60,370 bases of DNA, filler included, from Hausera hauseri (GCA_046269625.1; 11 parts of 11 records of this genome joined end to end with filler, not necessarily neighbours in it); one strand, 5' to 3'; shown: positions 14,050 through 27,094, counted from the whole stretch's first letter. Made by a program: numbers and translations. Notes: generated by a model not told the origin, from the letters alone.

Positions 14050-14356
14050 AGTAGGGGAAAAAAGAGGAGTCTGGCACAAGGGTGGGGGGGTCCGCCCACG
14101 CATCACGTGATTGGTCACGTGATCCGCCTACGCGTCACGTGATATCCGCCCACGCGGCACGTGATTGGTCACGCGATGCGTGCGAAAAGTCACCAGACAT
14201 TTGTTACTTATAATAGTTATTCTCACGTGACATTGTCGATTCTCACGTGACATTGTCTAGACTCACACGTGACATTGCCTAGACTCACACGTGACATTGT
14301 CTAGACTCAGTCTAGACATTTTTATATGCACACCATTGTTGTCAAGATATTTATTT
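14050..14356. mobile_element. Putative Polinton-type left terminus (AGTAGGGG...) with CACGTG arrays and a ~20-22-bp tandem repeat
   Basis: Begins where the Tc1 transposase breaks off. Repeated TCACGTGA and ctcacacgtgacattgtctaga units. Confidence 0.6.
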
Positions 14357-14456
14357 NNNNNNNNNNNNNNNNNNNNNNNNNNNNNNNNNNNNNNNNNNNN
14401 TTAATTAATTAANNNNNNNNNNNNNNNNNNNNNNNNNNNNNNNNNNNNNNNNNNNN

Positions 14457-14660
14457 TCTATGTTCTATGTCAAAGATCATGGTGATTGGCGAAAGAAGAT
14501 GTTTAATAGCATATTTCCAGAATTGCGAATATGTGCATGTGAATGTAACAAATTGATTACTATACCAAAGAATATTACATGTATTTGTCGTGAACATGGT
14601 TTACATTGTGCATATAAAAAGTGTTTAGCGTTATGTGAAAGCTATATTGTTACTAAATAA
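14457..14660 (+). CDS. C-terminal part of a Polinton DEDD-like accessory protein (homolog of 49439-49927)
   Basis: FYVKD...NITCICREHGLHCAYKKCLALCESYI aligns with FYIKD...NIICPYHNHGPNSAYKKCLPLCIDYI. Both genes are convergent on a PolB 3' end. Confidence 0.7.
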   Translation, partial: SMFYVKDHGDWRKKMFNSIFPELRICACECNKLITIPKNITCICREHGLHCAYKKCLALCESYIVTK

Positions 14661-14814
14661 ATGTATTATGAAATCAGTTGGTCTTATCCTATATAGTAGT
14701 TACTTAGATTTACTCGGCCTTATCCTATGTCCCACATTACTTGATCAAGAAGACAACACGATATTTCTATACAAAATTTATTAAACAATGAACAACAATG
14801 AATAACAATAATAT

Positions 14815-17420
14815 CTACAATGCCACATGTCCATGATGTAGTGTGTGGATTCCATCGCTCAGGATCTGCCTCTTGTCGTCCATCCAATCTAGACTTTTCT
14901 TCTGTAAGGTGACAGTTTGAATGTTATTATCCCTAGATTGGATTTGTTTCATTTCCGGTATAATGCGAGTCTGCTCCTTCAGAACTGTCACATAGTCTTG
15001 AAAACTGATTTTCTTGTTCAATGTAGCCCTTTGAACCCTTTTTGCCCGCTTTTTTTCTTGGCCACATACTTCTAGAGCATACATTTTGGACCAGAGAGCT
15101 ACAAATCTTGATATTATTGCACCATTCACCTCGTCTTTGAATTTCCCAAGGAACTTTTTGTTGGCAATTGAATAGTTTGGATGATCCTTCGAATAGTCCG
15201 AGGTATCCATGTGCTGAGCCAATTCAACACAGTCCTTATAAATATCCTCGGTATGGATCTGATAGACAAAACTATCAGTATCCATATACATCAGCTGTAT
15301 GGACTTGAACTTGGGAAACATTATATCGTAATTGAATCTGTTTATTAGGGTCTGCAGAGCTAATATTGTCATACCAACATATATGGGCTTGTTGAATACC
15401 AATGCTATTTTATCAATATGGATGCCTACCAAGTTCTCAGCATATATGGTACTGCTATGGACGTTAGGCTTGGCAATAAGCTTCTTTGCCCGCTTTCAGC
15501 CACATATTAGCTCGATGTTGATCCTGTTGCGAATATTCTCCATGGTCCTGCCAAAGACCGAGTTGTTGTAAAGCTTGAACTGGTCTTTCTCAAAGTCGCT
15601 GTTGGCATTAGTCCGCAGCTTTGTATTAAGATCTATGTATGACTGCAGCCAGATAGACTGGTAGAACTGCAAGGCTGTATGGGTCTTAGTAATATGAAGT
15701 CAATGTCTAACTGCTTGCTGGAGATTGATGTAGTGGACTACATACAGAGGCCTGTTCTCATGGAGGGAAGACAGCTGTTTATGACTTGTGTGGATGGAAG
15801 CCGGATATTCCATGTCTACCTCCAGTATGTATCCCGTATCTCCAGTGGGATGTCGGTCCAATATAGGGATGTTCTCAGGATTCGCGACCCATTTGAAGTT
15901 ATCATATGGAGATGGGTCGCTCATTGCCCAACCATACAAGCTGCTAGCATCCAGGTATGATATATATGAGGATTCTTTTATTAAGTCATATTAGGCCATA
16001 TACTTGTTGTTGGCATCGCTATACCGGCGAATGGTCTGGCATATTTCGCCTCTTATGCCCCTCTCGATCATAAGGGTCATGTCGTAATCCTTAATGGTTT
16101 GCAGCCTAATACCAGTATAGCGCAGCATTGCTGCCCAACTCATCCCTGGAGCTGTAAAGAAATGAACCGGATCCAAATCATGGCTCTTCATTGTTACATC
16201 CTTGAAGTTTTCAAAGACATCTGTCAGCAACACGTCCGTCTTGAGGTATATATAGCTGTATTCCCCTAATATTCGGCATTGGAATGCATGCCAGACGTTC
16301 TGGGCATGGCGGTAGTCAGCATCACTGATATCGCAATCAGAGAGGATATTGTAAAAGTCTTTCTTGGCCAGCAATGAGGTCTCATCCAGTGTTTCCCATG
16401 AAGTTATGTAGTCATAAGGTAACACGCCTTTCCTTTTGACGAGGTCAAATGCAGTGGGGAAAAATCGCTTCGTCTCCTTGAGTTTTTCCGCAGGGAGGTT
16501 CTTCACTAAACTATCCAGTGAAGACGACATGAAACGAAAGCTGTCTATGAAGCGAAGTAGGATTTTGCCAACATGCTTTGTAAATGTGATGTTCTTCTCC
16601 TCACTGTTTGGGATCACCTCAATGTTTCCTTCAATATTGCCTAATTCTCGGACTATAAAATGTGAATCATAGCCACAGAGATTATGGAACACCACAGGCA
16701 CATATGTACATGTTTTGTAGCGTAGATTGTAGTTGTTGCATGCTGCCCCTCGATATGCACTTGTAAAATGGCACTGATCCTTGACTTTCCAATTTTCCTT
16801 GGTGAAGGACTTGTCGCACAAGTAACATGTTGTTGCCTTGCACCATTCTTCTTCTTGTTTCGACGACATGCTCATATTATCCTTATGCTGCTGAAGCATG
16901 TTTACAAGCTTATGAGCCATGTGTTCAAGTCGTTTCATGAAATGTGCTGCTGCAGCTGGACCTCTGAATAGAAACGGTTCACTGTCCAGTCCTTTGGCAT
17001 ACATGCAATACGATGAGAGTTCATGATATTGGTATTCCGTTGTGCTGCTATGTTGGTGATCGGGGCTGAAGCTGTGAACTGGACGCAGGATCGCTTCAAA
17101 GTCGCAACAGGTAACTATTGGGACCTTAATCTTCTTCTCGAACTCCTTGAATTCAATGTAGTCCTCCTTGGGAAATTCTGGCCTGATACAGTAATTGTTG
17201 TTGCATTACATTTTGTGCTCTGCAAGCTTGTCCACTACTGAATCACCACTGAAATGAGACAGGAATCGCTTACATATCTCAATTTTCCCATGATGATGCG
17301 TAATTTCGGATCTGACTAGAGGCTCTAAATTTTTGATCCAAACATAATGTTTCTTTTCTCCATCATCTAGTAGCAGCAGATCCCTATAGTCCTCAAATTC
17401 ATTATCATATATCTGCAGGG
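14815..17420 (-). pseudogene. Protein-primed PolB, same family as 5760-8170, intact C-terminus, broken at 17420
   Basis: VFHNLCGYDSHFI, RKGVLPYDY, YLKTDVLL, LDASSLYGWAM, KPIYVGMTIL, LMYMDTDSFVY, GKFKDE, DDKR. Confidence 0.96.
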
Positions 17421-18560
17421 AGTAGATAGAAGTGAGGGTTTCATCGCACTTCTCCGATTTTGGCCAGCCGACTGGTTTTCCTCACCTGATTGTCTATTTC
17501 GAGCATTTCACTAAAATTTTCCCACGACCCACCCCCTGGCCGAAAAGGAGATCGAACAATGGATTTTGGACCGAGTAATATCGATAGCGCGTGACGATCT
17601 GAGCAAACGTTTGTAGCGGTGCGGCTTTGAGAAATGTAAGGGAGAGGCGCTAGACAAGGAAGAAGCAAAACAGGAAATGCACCACGCGTAACGAGAAACG
17701 TACTGCTAGCCCTGACAAAATATGTACAAATGATAAATCGATTTTGATGAATCCAGTGGACACGGTTTCAATTCAATCAGACCATGGGAACATGAGGAAA
17801 AATTGATGGGAAAATTTCAAACGGGGAAAATTTCCACTTACACAAGTCAAACGGCGATGGAAATGGGTTGAACTCATAGCCCATCAGTAGTTGAGCATTT
17901 CATATTATAGCCGCCTTGCTATCAGACGAAAGGATCGGGGTGAAAATGGCAACCGAACGAACAACCGAACCGAAAAAACGCATTGTTAAAGTGAGCTTTC
18001 AACCCCATTTACCAAAAGTGCTCAGATTGACCTCGGACCAAGTTTTCCCCGCCTATCTCGCAATTCTGAGCATTTCATGTTTTGTGGTCAGAGAACCCCC
18101 TCCATCCGTAAGTACATGCCATATGTCGCACATGTCACTGACGGAAATCGGTAGAGGTCGATGAGAGGAGAAAAATTTTGTAGCGCAGTGAGAGTCGAAA
18201 ATGTTACTGGGCGGAGTTAGAAGAAAAAGAAGCAAAACAAAAAATGTTTTGAGAAACGAGACACAAGTTACGAATTGCACAATGTTTGGTGAATATGTCA
18301 AATCAATGTCTGGGAATCGAATGCGTACAATTTCAACTCGGTATGACTATGGGAAAATTTGGAAAAATTGATGGCGATATTTGTCACTTTAAAAATTTCC
18401 CATTGTTCAAGTTGCTGGCTGTGGAAATGGGTTGAGCACGCAGCTCATCAGTAATTGAGCATTTCATATTATAGCCGTCTCACGACCAGACCAATGAGTA
18501 GGGGTGAAAAATTCAACGAAAACGAACGAAGGAACGAACGAAAAAACGCACTGTTAAAAA
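17421..18560 (+). mobile_element. Polinton terminal-repeat-type sequence starting AGTAGATAGAAGTGAG, with an internal ~350-400-bp direct duplication
   Basis: Homologous to the reverse complement of ~51800-52275, which lies next to capsid and protease genes. 17640-17990 recurs at ~18200-18560. Confidence 0.75.
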
Positions 18561-18699
18561 GTCAAAATCTCGTTTTGTTTTGTAAAAAGTCGTGTACGAA
18601 TACGACGATGACGAGCTCATGATTGAGTACTCACAAGTCACAAGGAGAATGATTGTGATGAAAATTCACACATATTTTTCATCATTTGTAGCATAATAT

Positions 18700-18900
18700 G
18701 CTCTTTCAATGTAGAGATTGTTGTAGGCGAGAGATAATACAAAGTTTTCAAAATATCAGAGCCAGAGTAAGAAGAACGGATGGACTCTGGCAACCATCAA
18801 GAGATTGCTTCTGTATGTTCACAAGTACTCTCCAATGCGGGGCAGATCTTATATTCTGCTTCCGGAATGGATCGCTTATAAAATAACATGTGTCAATGTC
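18700..18900 (+). pseudogene. PolB N-terminal-region fragment (matches ~5960-6155)
   Basis: actctggcaacca.caagagattgctt.tgtatgt.cacaagtactctccaat.cggggcag is shared with 6038-6100. Confidence 0.85.
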
Positions 18901-19014
18901 CATAATAATAATAANNNNNNNNNNNNNNNNNNNNNNNNNNNNNNNNNNNNNNNNNNNNTTAATTAATTAANNNNNNNNNNNNNNNNNNNNNNNNNNNNNN
19001 NNNNNNNNNNNNNN

Positions 19015-19610
19015 AATGATAGAAATAATAATCGAAACGGTCATGGCGATAAGAATTGGAATGATAATTGTGGAAGACATGATAGACGATTTAATGGAAA
19101 TAGAAATTATGAAAATAGGAATAGTAATAACGACTACAGGAATAGCCGAAATAATAACTACGCTAGAAATCAAAATACGAATAAGTAGAATACGGATAAA
19201 GGTTTTAACTATGGGAATCGTCACGAGGATAATCGAAATAATAACAATCGGCAAAATGTAGATATTACGCAAGGGTTGTCGAACCAGGTCAATAGAAGCG
19301 CAAATAGGTCCAAGTCACCTGTGAATGAAGACGATCGGTAAAGAGTCGGCAGAAATGAAAATTTAGTTTGTTTTACCTGCAGTATAGAAGAACACATTGC
19401 ACGGTCATGTCCAAACCCGCGTAGCGTTTCATTTACTGAACCTAACAAGACTAGTATGATTAAAGTGAAGAAAAACTTGGAAGCAAAGTATGGTGATCGT
19501 GGAGACACGAGTATTATTATCGACATACAAGATCTGCGGATATTTCTAGATGCTCAGCCTGCGTCATATAACTCACAGAATTTGATGGCTAAAAATACGC
19601 AAATAAATTA
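19015..19610 (+). pseudogene. gag: Gag C-terminal region: Asn/Arg-rich tract and CCHC zinc knuckle
   Basis: The frame from 19015 reads NDRNNNRNGHG... then CFTCSIEEHIARSC (19369-19410, CX2CX4HX4C), with two internal stops. It is not in the ORF track. Confidence 0.75.
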
Positions 19611-19622
19611 AGGCTATTAGAA

Positions 19623-22600
19623 GTGCATCATGGGTTAGCAGAACCAAAAACTGAATATGAGTATGCGATAGCACCCAAGCGAATTGATATGACATGGAAA
19701 AAGAGTGTTCCGACGATCGATAGAATAGCAGATAAACCAGGAACTTCGACGGAAATCGACTTAGATGCAGAGCCTGAGTTTGCGGTTGGAAAAGTAGACA
19801 TTACCGAAGATAAGGTAACAAAAAAGGAATTTATGGAGCTATTAATACTTAAAATTATTAAAAATAGAGGCCGTAACCCTTCATTGAGAACGAACCGTAA
19901 AAGTCGCTCACTTTCGCAAATACCTAAAGAGAAAATAGAAGAAACGAAAGATACGAACATCGCTGTAGAAAGCGACGTACAGCCTAGCTTAAATACACCA
20001 GAAATTGGTCCATTTACACCTATCGAGGTAAATGAATCTGTAGGGTCGGTTAACGATATTGACGAGATCTGCCCACTTTCCACTAGTGAGGAAGAAATCG
20101 AAAATATTGATGATTTTTATCCACAAAATGGAAAATCCGACGTTCGTGGGAAACGCCAATGAATTAAAGTAAATGAGAATTTGATGCCACGATCCAGGAA
20201 CACTACAGTGGAATTTAGAAAGACTTAAGAAGATTAGCGAACAAGTATATATCCGGTAAAGAGCAACCACTGGCTGCGAGGTTATATAAAAGTTTAAAAT
20301 TATGCATTGAAGGAAAGCTCGATGAAGCAATCGACTTAGGACAACCTGAAGATGTACCAACCGGAACGTTAATAAAAAGGAAACGTGAATTAGAATCATG
20401 GATTAAAAGTGAAGTCGAATTCTCGGAAGGATGGAGTAAAAGCGAAAATAGTGTTGATTTGAAAGTAGTCAAGGCTCAGACGTTATTATCTACACTAGAA
20501 ACTAATCCCAAAATTAAGACAGTAGTCCGTAATTTAGAACGCATGATGGATGATATTCAATGTGCAATGATTAATCGACTTAGGGAAAAACCTGTTAGCA
20601 ATGAAAGTGATATCGATTTAGAAATATTAGGCATAGACCCAGTAGACATTACTCCTTTAATGGAAGTGATAAAAATTGCCTTCATTGTGCCTAGGCAATA
20701 TACAAATTTAGAGTATCGTATTAAAATTAAGAAAGAAAAAAGATCACAAATTGTTAGCTTTAGAAATCGTATTATGTTCATGTATAATGAATAAACCAAA
20801 TATGTAATAAAAGCTTGTATCATAGAATTCGACGAATATAAGGATGAATTCCATTATATCAGCCGAATTATGAATTTCATAAAAGGTCCAAATGATGTAT
20901 TAAGGGATGCTTATAAAATGCTAGACAAGGCCATATTGGCAAAACCTGAAATGGCGAATCAACTGCATGAATGGTCCGAATTAGTAGCGAGAGTAAGTAA
21001 ATTAGTAGAAGACCGTAAGACAGAATTTCCAGAAAGCGAGCCTTCTATAAAGAAACAATTAGAAGAAAGTGAAAGGAACTTAGATACAATCCCAGCGGAA
21101 ATAGATATACGGACTCAATTCGAAGCATTACGACAATTGGAAGAGATATATAAAATGATCGAAGTAACAAACTTCACAGAAAAGCAGAATATGACTTGCA
21201 ATTTTCACCCAAGTTTACGGAATGTCCGCCTAGAGGAAATCCAACATTTAACAGCTAAATCTACCGACGAAATTTCCATCCAGGATATCGAAACTTTAGA
21301 TATTTGCACAGAACGTAAAACGGTTACAGAGGAAGCAATGAGATTCATACATAAACCACAGAAATGTATGACCGGAACAAATCAGAACTGTCATACCGAG
21401 TTGACAAAAATAAGAAATGACCCTCAGCTTAGTTTTGAAGAAGTTAAGTTCGTAAAGAAATTGTTCTATGTAATAGATCCCGACTCAAAAATTGTTAATG
21501 AGATGTACGAGTTAGCTTTTCTTTTAGTAGAAATGACATAAATTAGTGATGAGAAAATGAGACAATTGATGCCTCAAATACGACAGGCCGAAGAAACGTG
21601 CAGTAAAACCAAACAAAGAGCGACAATGTTAGACGAATTAATCAGAGCTCAAATTTATAGAAACAAATATGGTTTTACCGAGTCCGAAATCAAAAATAAG
21701 CGTGAATTTGTATAAATATGGAAAAGAAATGTAATTATGGAACTAACTGTTTATCACCAGAAGGGACTCATCCATCCTAATGAATTAGGTGAACTATTGA
21801 ATATGATTCAGTATGCCTATGGAAACGGAATGGGTTTCCGAACTACACAGATGAATGAAATACAACCAAGATTGAAAGAAATAAGAGAAAACGTGTGCAG
21901 ACTCAACACAATGTTGACAGACTGTGGGCTTCCAGACGTTGGAAATGAACCGGAATGGGACGCGTACTTCGATGCAATAACGGCCGAGAATCCTGTGACT
22001 CCGGTACAGCTAAATGAATTAGAAACGTGTCCCCAGGACAGTAGATTCAATGTGGAGATGCTGTTGGATCCAGCGCTAACTGAAAGGTATTTAATTGAAC
22101 TAATTATTGTGAGCACTGCCGAAAGTAAATTAAGACAACTCATTCCGACTTTGACTAAATTATCTAGTGAAAACACAATTTATAGCGCGGTGCCAAAACT
22201 TTTAATACGGAAATACGCTAAGATCGTGAGAGCTAAACCCGAAGTAACGATGAAAGTAAAAATATCATGCGAGTAAATGGATGAAAAAAAGTGAGTTAAC
22301 CACGTATTCATGCGTGAGAAATGTAAGAGAACGATTAATAAACAATGGTGGAACGAAAGAACTAAAGTATAGATTTTACTTCAGAGGTAGAATACTGGAT
22401 GATCTAGAACAGTCAATAGACATCGGGATCACCCCCAACGAAACAAATCGTATCGTGGTAATAGTATCCAATGAACAGAATAAAGAAGAAGCCACTCGTA
22501 AGGCCAAGACAAAACAATGTGTAGGACAAATGATGGGAGCCCGGGATGATGCAGTGTATTTTGAATATTTACAAACGGATGAAGACAAGGAACAATACGA

Positions 22601-23160
22601 CAAGAATTTAGTAACCCTGAGTGAAACAATAACCAATGTGCCAAGACAAAAACATTCAGTCGGCAGACCTAAGAAAACAAGAGAAGAAGCAGACTATAAA
22701 TGGAGAATTGATTAGAGAATTGATACAGATGTCGATTCCTACCTTCAGCACGGACAATGAAGAATTGAGTGAATTAATGAAGAATTTAATACGAATTGTA
22801 AATTATTCAAGCCTCCGAGGTGATACATTAGACGATAAAGAGAGGGCGATATTCAATGCAGAGAGGATGATGAGAAGTTCAAGTTTTAAATTATCAAAAA
22901 GTAACTTAACTGATGAATCAGTGATCGAAAAGATCATGGTGGAACACACCACTAAAGAATTAAGAAAAGTAGTATTGTACTGAGCTATCAAAATAAAACC
23001 CGGTTGAGAGAATGAAATTAATAGAGCTACCAGCTTAGCACGAAGAGCGGCAAGAAAGCTACCCTGCAAAGTAAATTGATAGAGACTATTCGATAAAGAA
23101 GAAGACAAACGGTCCAGAAATAGCAATCGATTCGAAGATATGCTCGTAATCTGACAATGA
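19623..23160 (+). pseudogene. Large decayed ORF(s): acidic region, helical repeats, ubiquitin-like domain (~22249-22465), AT-hook-like GRPKK (~22662)
   Basis: MKVKIS..ELTTYSCVRNVRERL...KYRFYFRGRILDDLEQSIDIGITPNETNRIVV follows the ubiquitin pattern. A homologous region is at 33222-34118. Confidence 0.6.
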
Positions 23161-23209
23161 CGCATAATATTAACCGGAAAAGCGAATCTAATTGATTAAT
23201 TAGCTTACT

Positions 23210-25616
23210 TTGATGATTCTAATAAAGCATATAAGTGCTGCTACCGTCTACGATTGCGATAAGTTTAAGCTAGGACAAAAATATTCTCTAATGGATTTAG
23301 AAGTATGTGAGGACGCCAGACCATACAAATTGGAAACAAGGAAGAAAAGTTACTTCCTATATCAACAGCAAGAATTGATATCGTTGGATGGAATGGAATG
23401 TACGTTTAGACAGTCCCGTAGCATTTTCCACTGTGGATTAATGCACGGACATTCTTCAATAATCAGGCCAATGACTCCTCTAATTCCGATGAATTTGGAA
23501 CGCCAGCATTGTAAGCAGGCCAGGGAAACCGGAAGAGTAAAAGGGGATAGCATGGAACTAGAGATGTAACCAGGGAAGATAATCAGAGCATATAAAGTAG
23601 TGGTTGGAAGGTTAGACATGCATAACGGACATTGTAATGGAGCAGAATACGACACTGGAAAGTGGTTAGAATCAAATGTATTGGTCGTAGATTTCTATGA
23701 ATCGGAGATGTACAAAAAGTAATGTTCCATAGTGTCACCAAATTATATACCGAGAATCAGAAATGCCATTTACAAGATGGAACCTGTGCCTTCAGAAGTT
23801 CTGTTATAATATAGGAACCTCCCTTGGGAAGAAACTGTAATTTTACCAAAATCAAGGAATTGAAATTTAACGAAACCACCGGAAAACGATATGTAGATAA
23901 ATCCGATACCAACTCAAGGACACGCGAGGATGTAGCAGAACACCCTACACCTACTATATTGATCGCCGACCAGCATGGACTAAAATTTATTAAGAAAGAA
24001 ATGATCTCTCGTTGCAAAGTGGTAATGTTCGCTACAAATTATGAAGCATTTTTCGTTACAGAGATTAATATAAATGCGAAAACTTACGAGCTAGAAACAC
24101 AGGACATTCGGATTGAATATTACTTGAAAAACCGAGGCGATTACTTTTATTACAAAGGACAAGTTGGAATAACCGAATTATATCACAGAATGATAATGAA
24201 TGATTGTAAATTGGATATGAAAATCATGAGAACAAAATTAGCTCTTATCTGTGCTAATCCTGAGTTAGCCTCTCCAATAATTCCTATGAGAAAAGGAATT
24301 TTCGGTCGAGTTACCGGCGAAGTCCTATTGACTTATGAATGTAAGAAAAGAGACGTACCAATCAACATTGAAAAAAAACATTGCATGTAGGAACTCCCCA
24401 TTATTTACCAGAATACTCCGCATTTAGCCACGCCGCTTACTAGAGTGTTATTAGACAATGCAACTGAACCAAAAAATTTTAAAGACTGTAAAGCAAGTTT
24501 AAGAGAACCGATTTTTAGACGTAGCGAAACAGATAGGGTTAGTTTGCCTAATGGAGGTATTACTGTCGCTCCAAATAAATTAACAAAAACAAATCTCGCA
24601 AAAGGAATTACCGACGATAAGTCTCAAGACACCTCGTCAAAAGGCATATATATGCCTAAGGAAATTGAAGCCTTCAGACAATTTCTCGCTTTTCCACGAC
24701 AGCGGACACACGAATTAAATCGAGCCATGGCCTCTGTAGTAGATGATATTCAACATCAAGCTTAGTGGGAATCATTGCTTGGCGTAAATCATTACCAACG
24801 AGTAACCACAGAAATACTCTACAAAATTTTGGGAAGATTTTTAATTTTTGGACAAGCCGCACCTGGATTCTTAGCGATATATTTTCTAATACAAATGATT
24901 AAGGCCGTCATCTAATCAGTAATAATATGGGATTTTCGTGTAAAATACTGACTGCAATCATAACACCTTTGGCAAATTCTTAAAAGCATATGAAGAGAAT
25001 AGACGGAAATCGGACATAGACCGTCATGTCGGTTACTATAATCGTAAACGAAAAGGAAAACCTATGTTTCTGTACAAGCAAAAATTCACAATACCTAATA
25101 CGCGAAGAAATAATTCAGATAATGACGAGCCTAAGGGAAGAGAAGTACTTCCGAGAACAGATAGACACAAGACGTATTCTGTCATAAAGCACCATTGCCT
25201 GTGCTACCCCTACTGCTCCAGTCTATAAAGACTGTGACAAACGATCAATGAGCTCATATCAGACAGAAATCTATAAAAGAACAATTAGTTTAGAAGACCA
25301 CTACGACGGAACGAAACGTTATGGAGTCCTACGGAAAATGTGTTATCGACAGCCCGTGGATGACCCCAGAATACTGTATCCTCCGAGAGAACCTCGGAAT
25401 ATAGAGACTAGATCGCCTGTCTGGGAAAATCCAAGGTTAGAAACCTTCCGGAATATAGAACCACACACAAACAATCGAAAACCATTAATTAGTATACATG
25501 AAACTGAAGAATTGAAGATCGAAAATAATGAATTATATCCAAACGGAGAATTAAGAATATTATCTGAAAACATAGTATTCTCCCCAGACATTCGAATTAA
25601 CGGACATTCGAATTAG
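23210..25616 (+). pseudogene. env: Chuvirus/herpes gB-like (class III) envelope glycoprotein, plus tail and linker leading toward the deleted protease
   Basis: Signal-like segment, then VYDC...YSLMDLEVC, SIFHCG, RVTGEVLLTYECKK, C..ELPIIY, GIY, and TM region KILGRFLIFGQAAPGFLAIYFLIQMIKAVI. Confidence 0.85.
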
Positions 25617-25786
25617 CACTATCATTAATTGCTTCTTACATTCCAAGGACACAAACTCAATGGTGAGACGACGAAACTATGCTAGGAGATGTATATGGAA
25701 TTCGGAAGAGGGAATAAAAGCCGAAAGTTATTAAAAAGGGAAAAGAAACCAACGGCCGAAGAGATCCAGAAACGAAAAGATACTAT

Positions 25787-26989
25787 TTGTTACAATCAAT
25801 GAAGGTTCATTACTTTTCGCCCGACTCTGAGTGTGTTGGATTTAAAACTTGGAGACCGCATCACGATTTCGCAAGATTTCAAGTTGTACTATGCAATGTG
25901 ACAACAAAAGAAGTAAAAAATTGCGATTTTGAACCCGGAGATTATACCCAGTGTTGCGACATAGATTTTGGATACATTTACATCCTTATTTATCGACTAT
26001 ACTTACCAGACTCATCAGAAGTCTATATCGAAGTAAACCCACAACTTCAGTTGGTCATTCCCACTTGTCCTAGACGATTCGAAGTGAAACCCGAAGAAAT
26101 GCAACAATTCACTGACTCAAATATAAGGCTATTATATGAAAACATGAAAAGGATCTCAGTAAATCAAGGAAAACAATGCATCCAAGTAGATGCTCGAAAA
26201 GGATTAACTTTTAGTCAAGAAATTATTATTGTTTTCGAAGCAGTAAACTGAAAAACTCCAAACATAAAATACTGTTCTGTTCATGCTGGTGTGCAACACC
26301 CATGTAAACCAAGAATTAAAATAAAGTTTGATCTATATGAAGTACGACCGAATGAACCGAGCAAACATTTGTGAACCTATTACCTGAAGAATAGAAAATG
26401 GAAGATTCAAATAGAAACGACAACCGAAAAGCCAACTACTTGAGTTTGTGCCATTACGAGACCCGTTATATCAAACAATGTGCCTAAAAGAGATTTAGAA
26501 AGTATACCTATTAAATATTCAACACATCGATTTAGAATTGTGTTCTTTGTAGAAGAAAAACTAAATTACAATATACACATAAGCTGCCGAACAACGCGTA
26601 ATAATCAAATTGTAACACTACTTAAATACACTTACCAGACAGAATGCAATTTGTTAAAATCACAATCTGATTACATAGTACAAGTATATGCAGCGAATAA
26701 ACAAAACCGAACAATTATATTGCCTACCTTAGACGAAATTCGTGCAGGATCGCATATATACGAAAACATAGACGAGGAAATCACAACTCCAATCACAACA
26801 CAGGCACCAATGGGATTAACCACTTTACCGATCGTATCGATTGTCGTACTATCGACGTTTGTTCTCATTATATTAATTGCGATTTTTCGGTTAGTTGTCA
26901 AAAATTGTCATTCTAAACGTCCTAAAACTACAGAATGGAAACTAGGGAAATTGGAAACCCCTATTGATCAGTATGATAAAATAACCTGA
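25787..26989 (+). pseudogene. Type I membrane protein with fibronectin-III-like ectodomain
   Basis: ORFs 25787 and 26480 share a frame. LKSQSDYIVQVYAAN is an FN3-like strand motif, followed by a Thr-rich stalk, TM IVSIVVLSTFVLIILIAIF and a short basic tail. Confidence 0.6.
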
Positions 26990-27062
26990 CAACTACAGAG
27001 CAGATTATTCTATCATCTGACAAAGAATTTGTTTCATTTTAAGACCATCCTTTGTTGTAAGA

Positions 27063-27094
27063 TTAACCCTTACTGTTTATTTTTTAGACTGATG
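27063..27094 (+). promoter_or_regulatory. Candidate 3' splice acceptor just before the ATG of the accessory ORF
   Basis: ttaac (branch-like), pyrimidine tract, then tttttag (AG at 27086-27087); ATG at 27092. Confidence 0.4.

Noticed and set aside
19016-19272. Ile-rich 'membrane' ORFs on both strands
   Set aside because: They are shadow frames of the Asn/Arg-rich gag tract.
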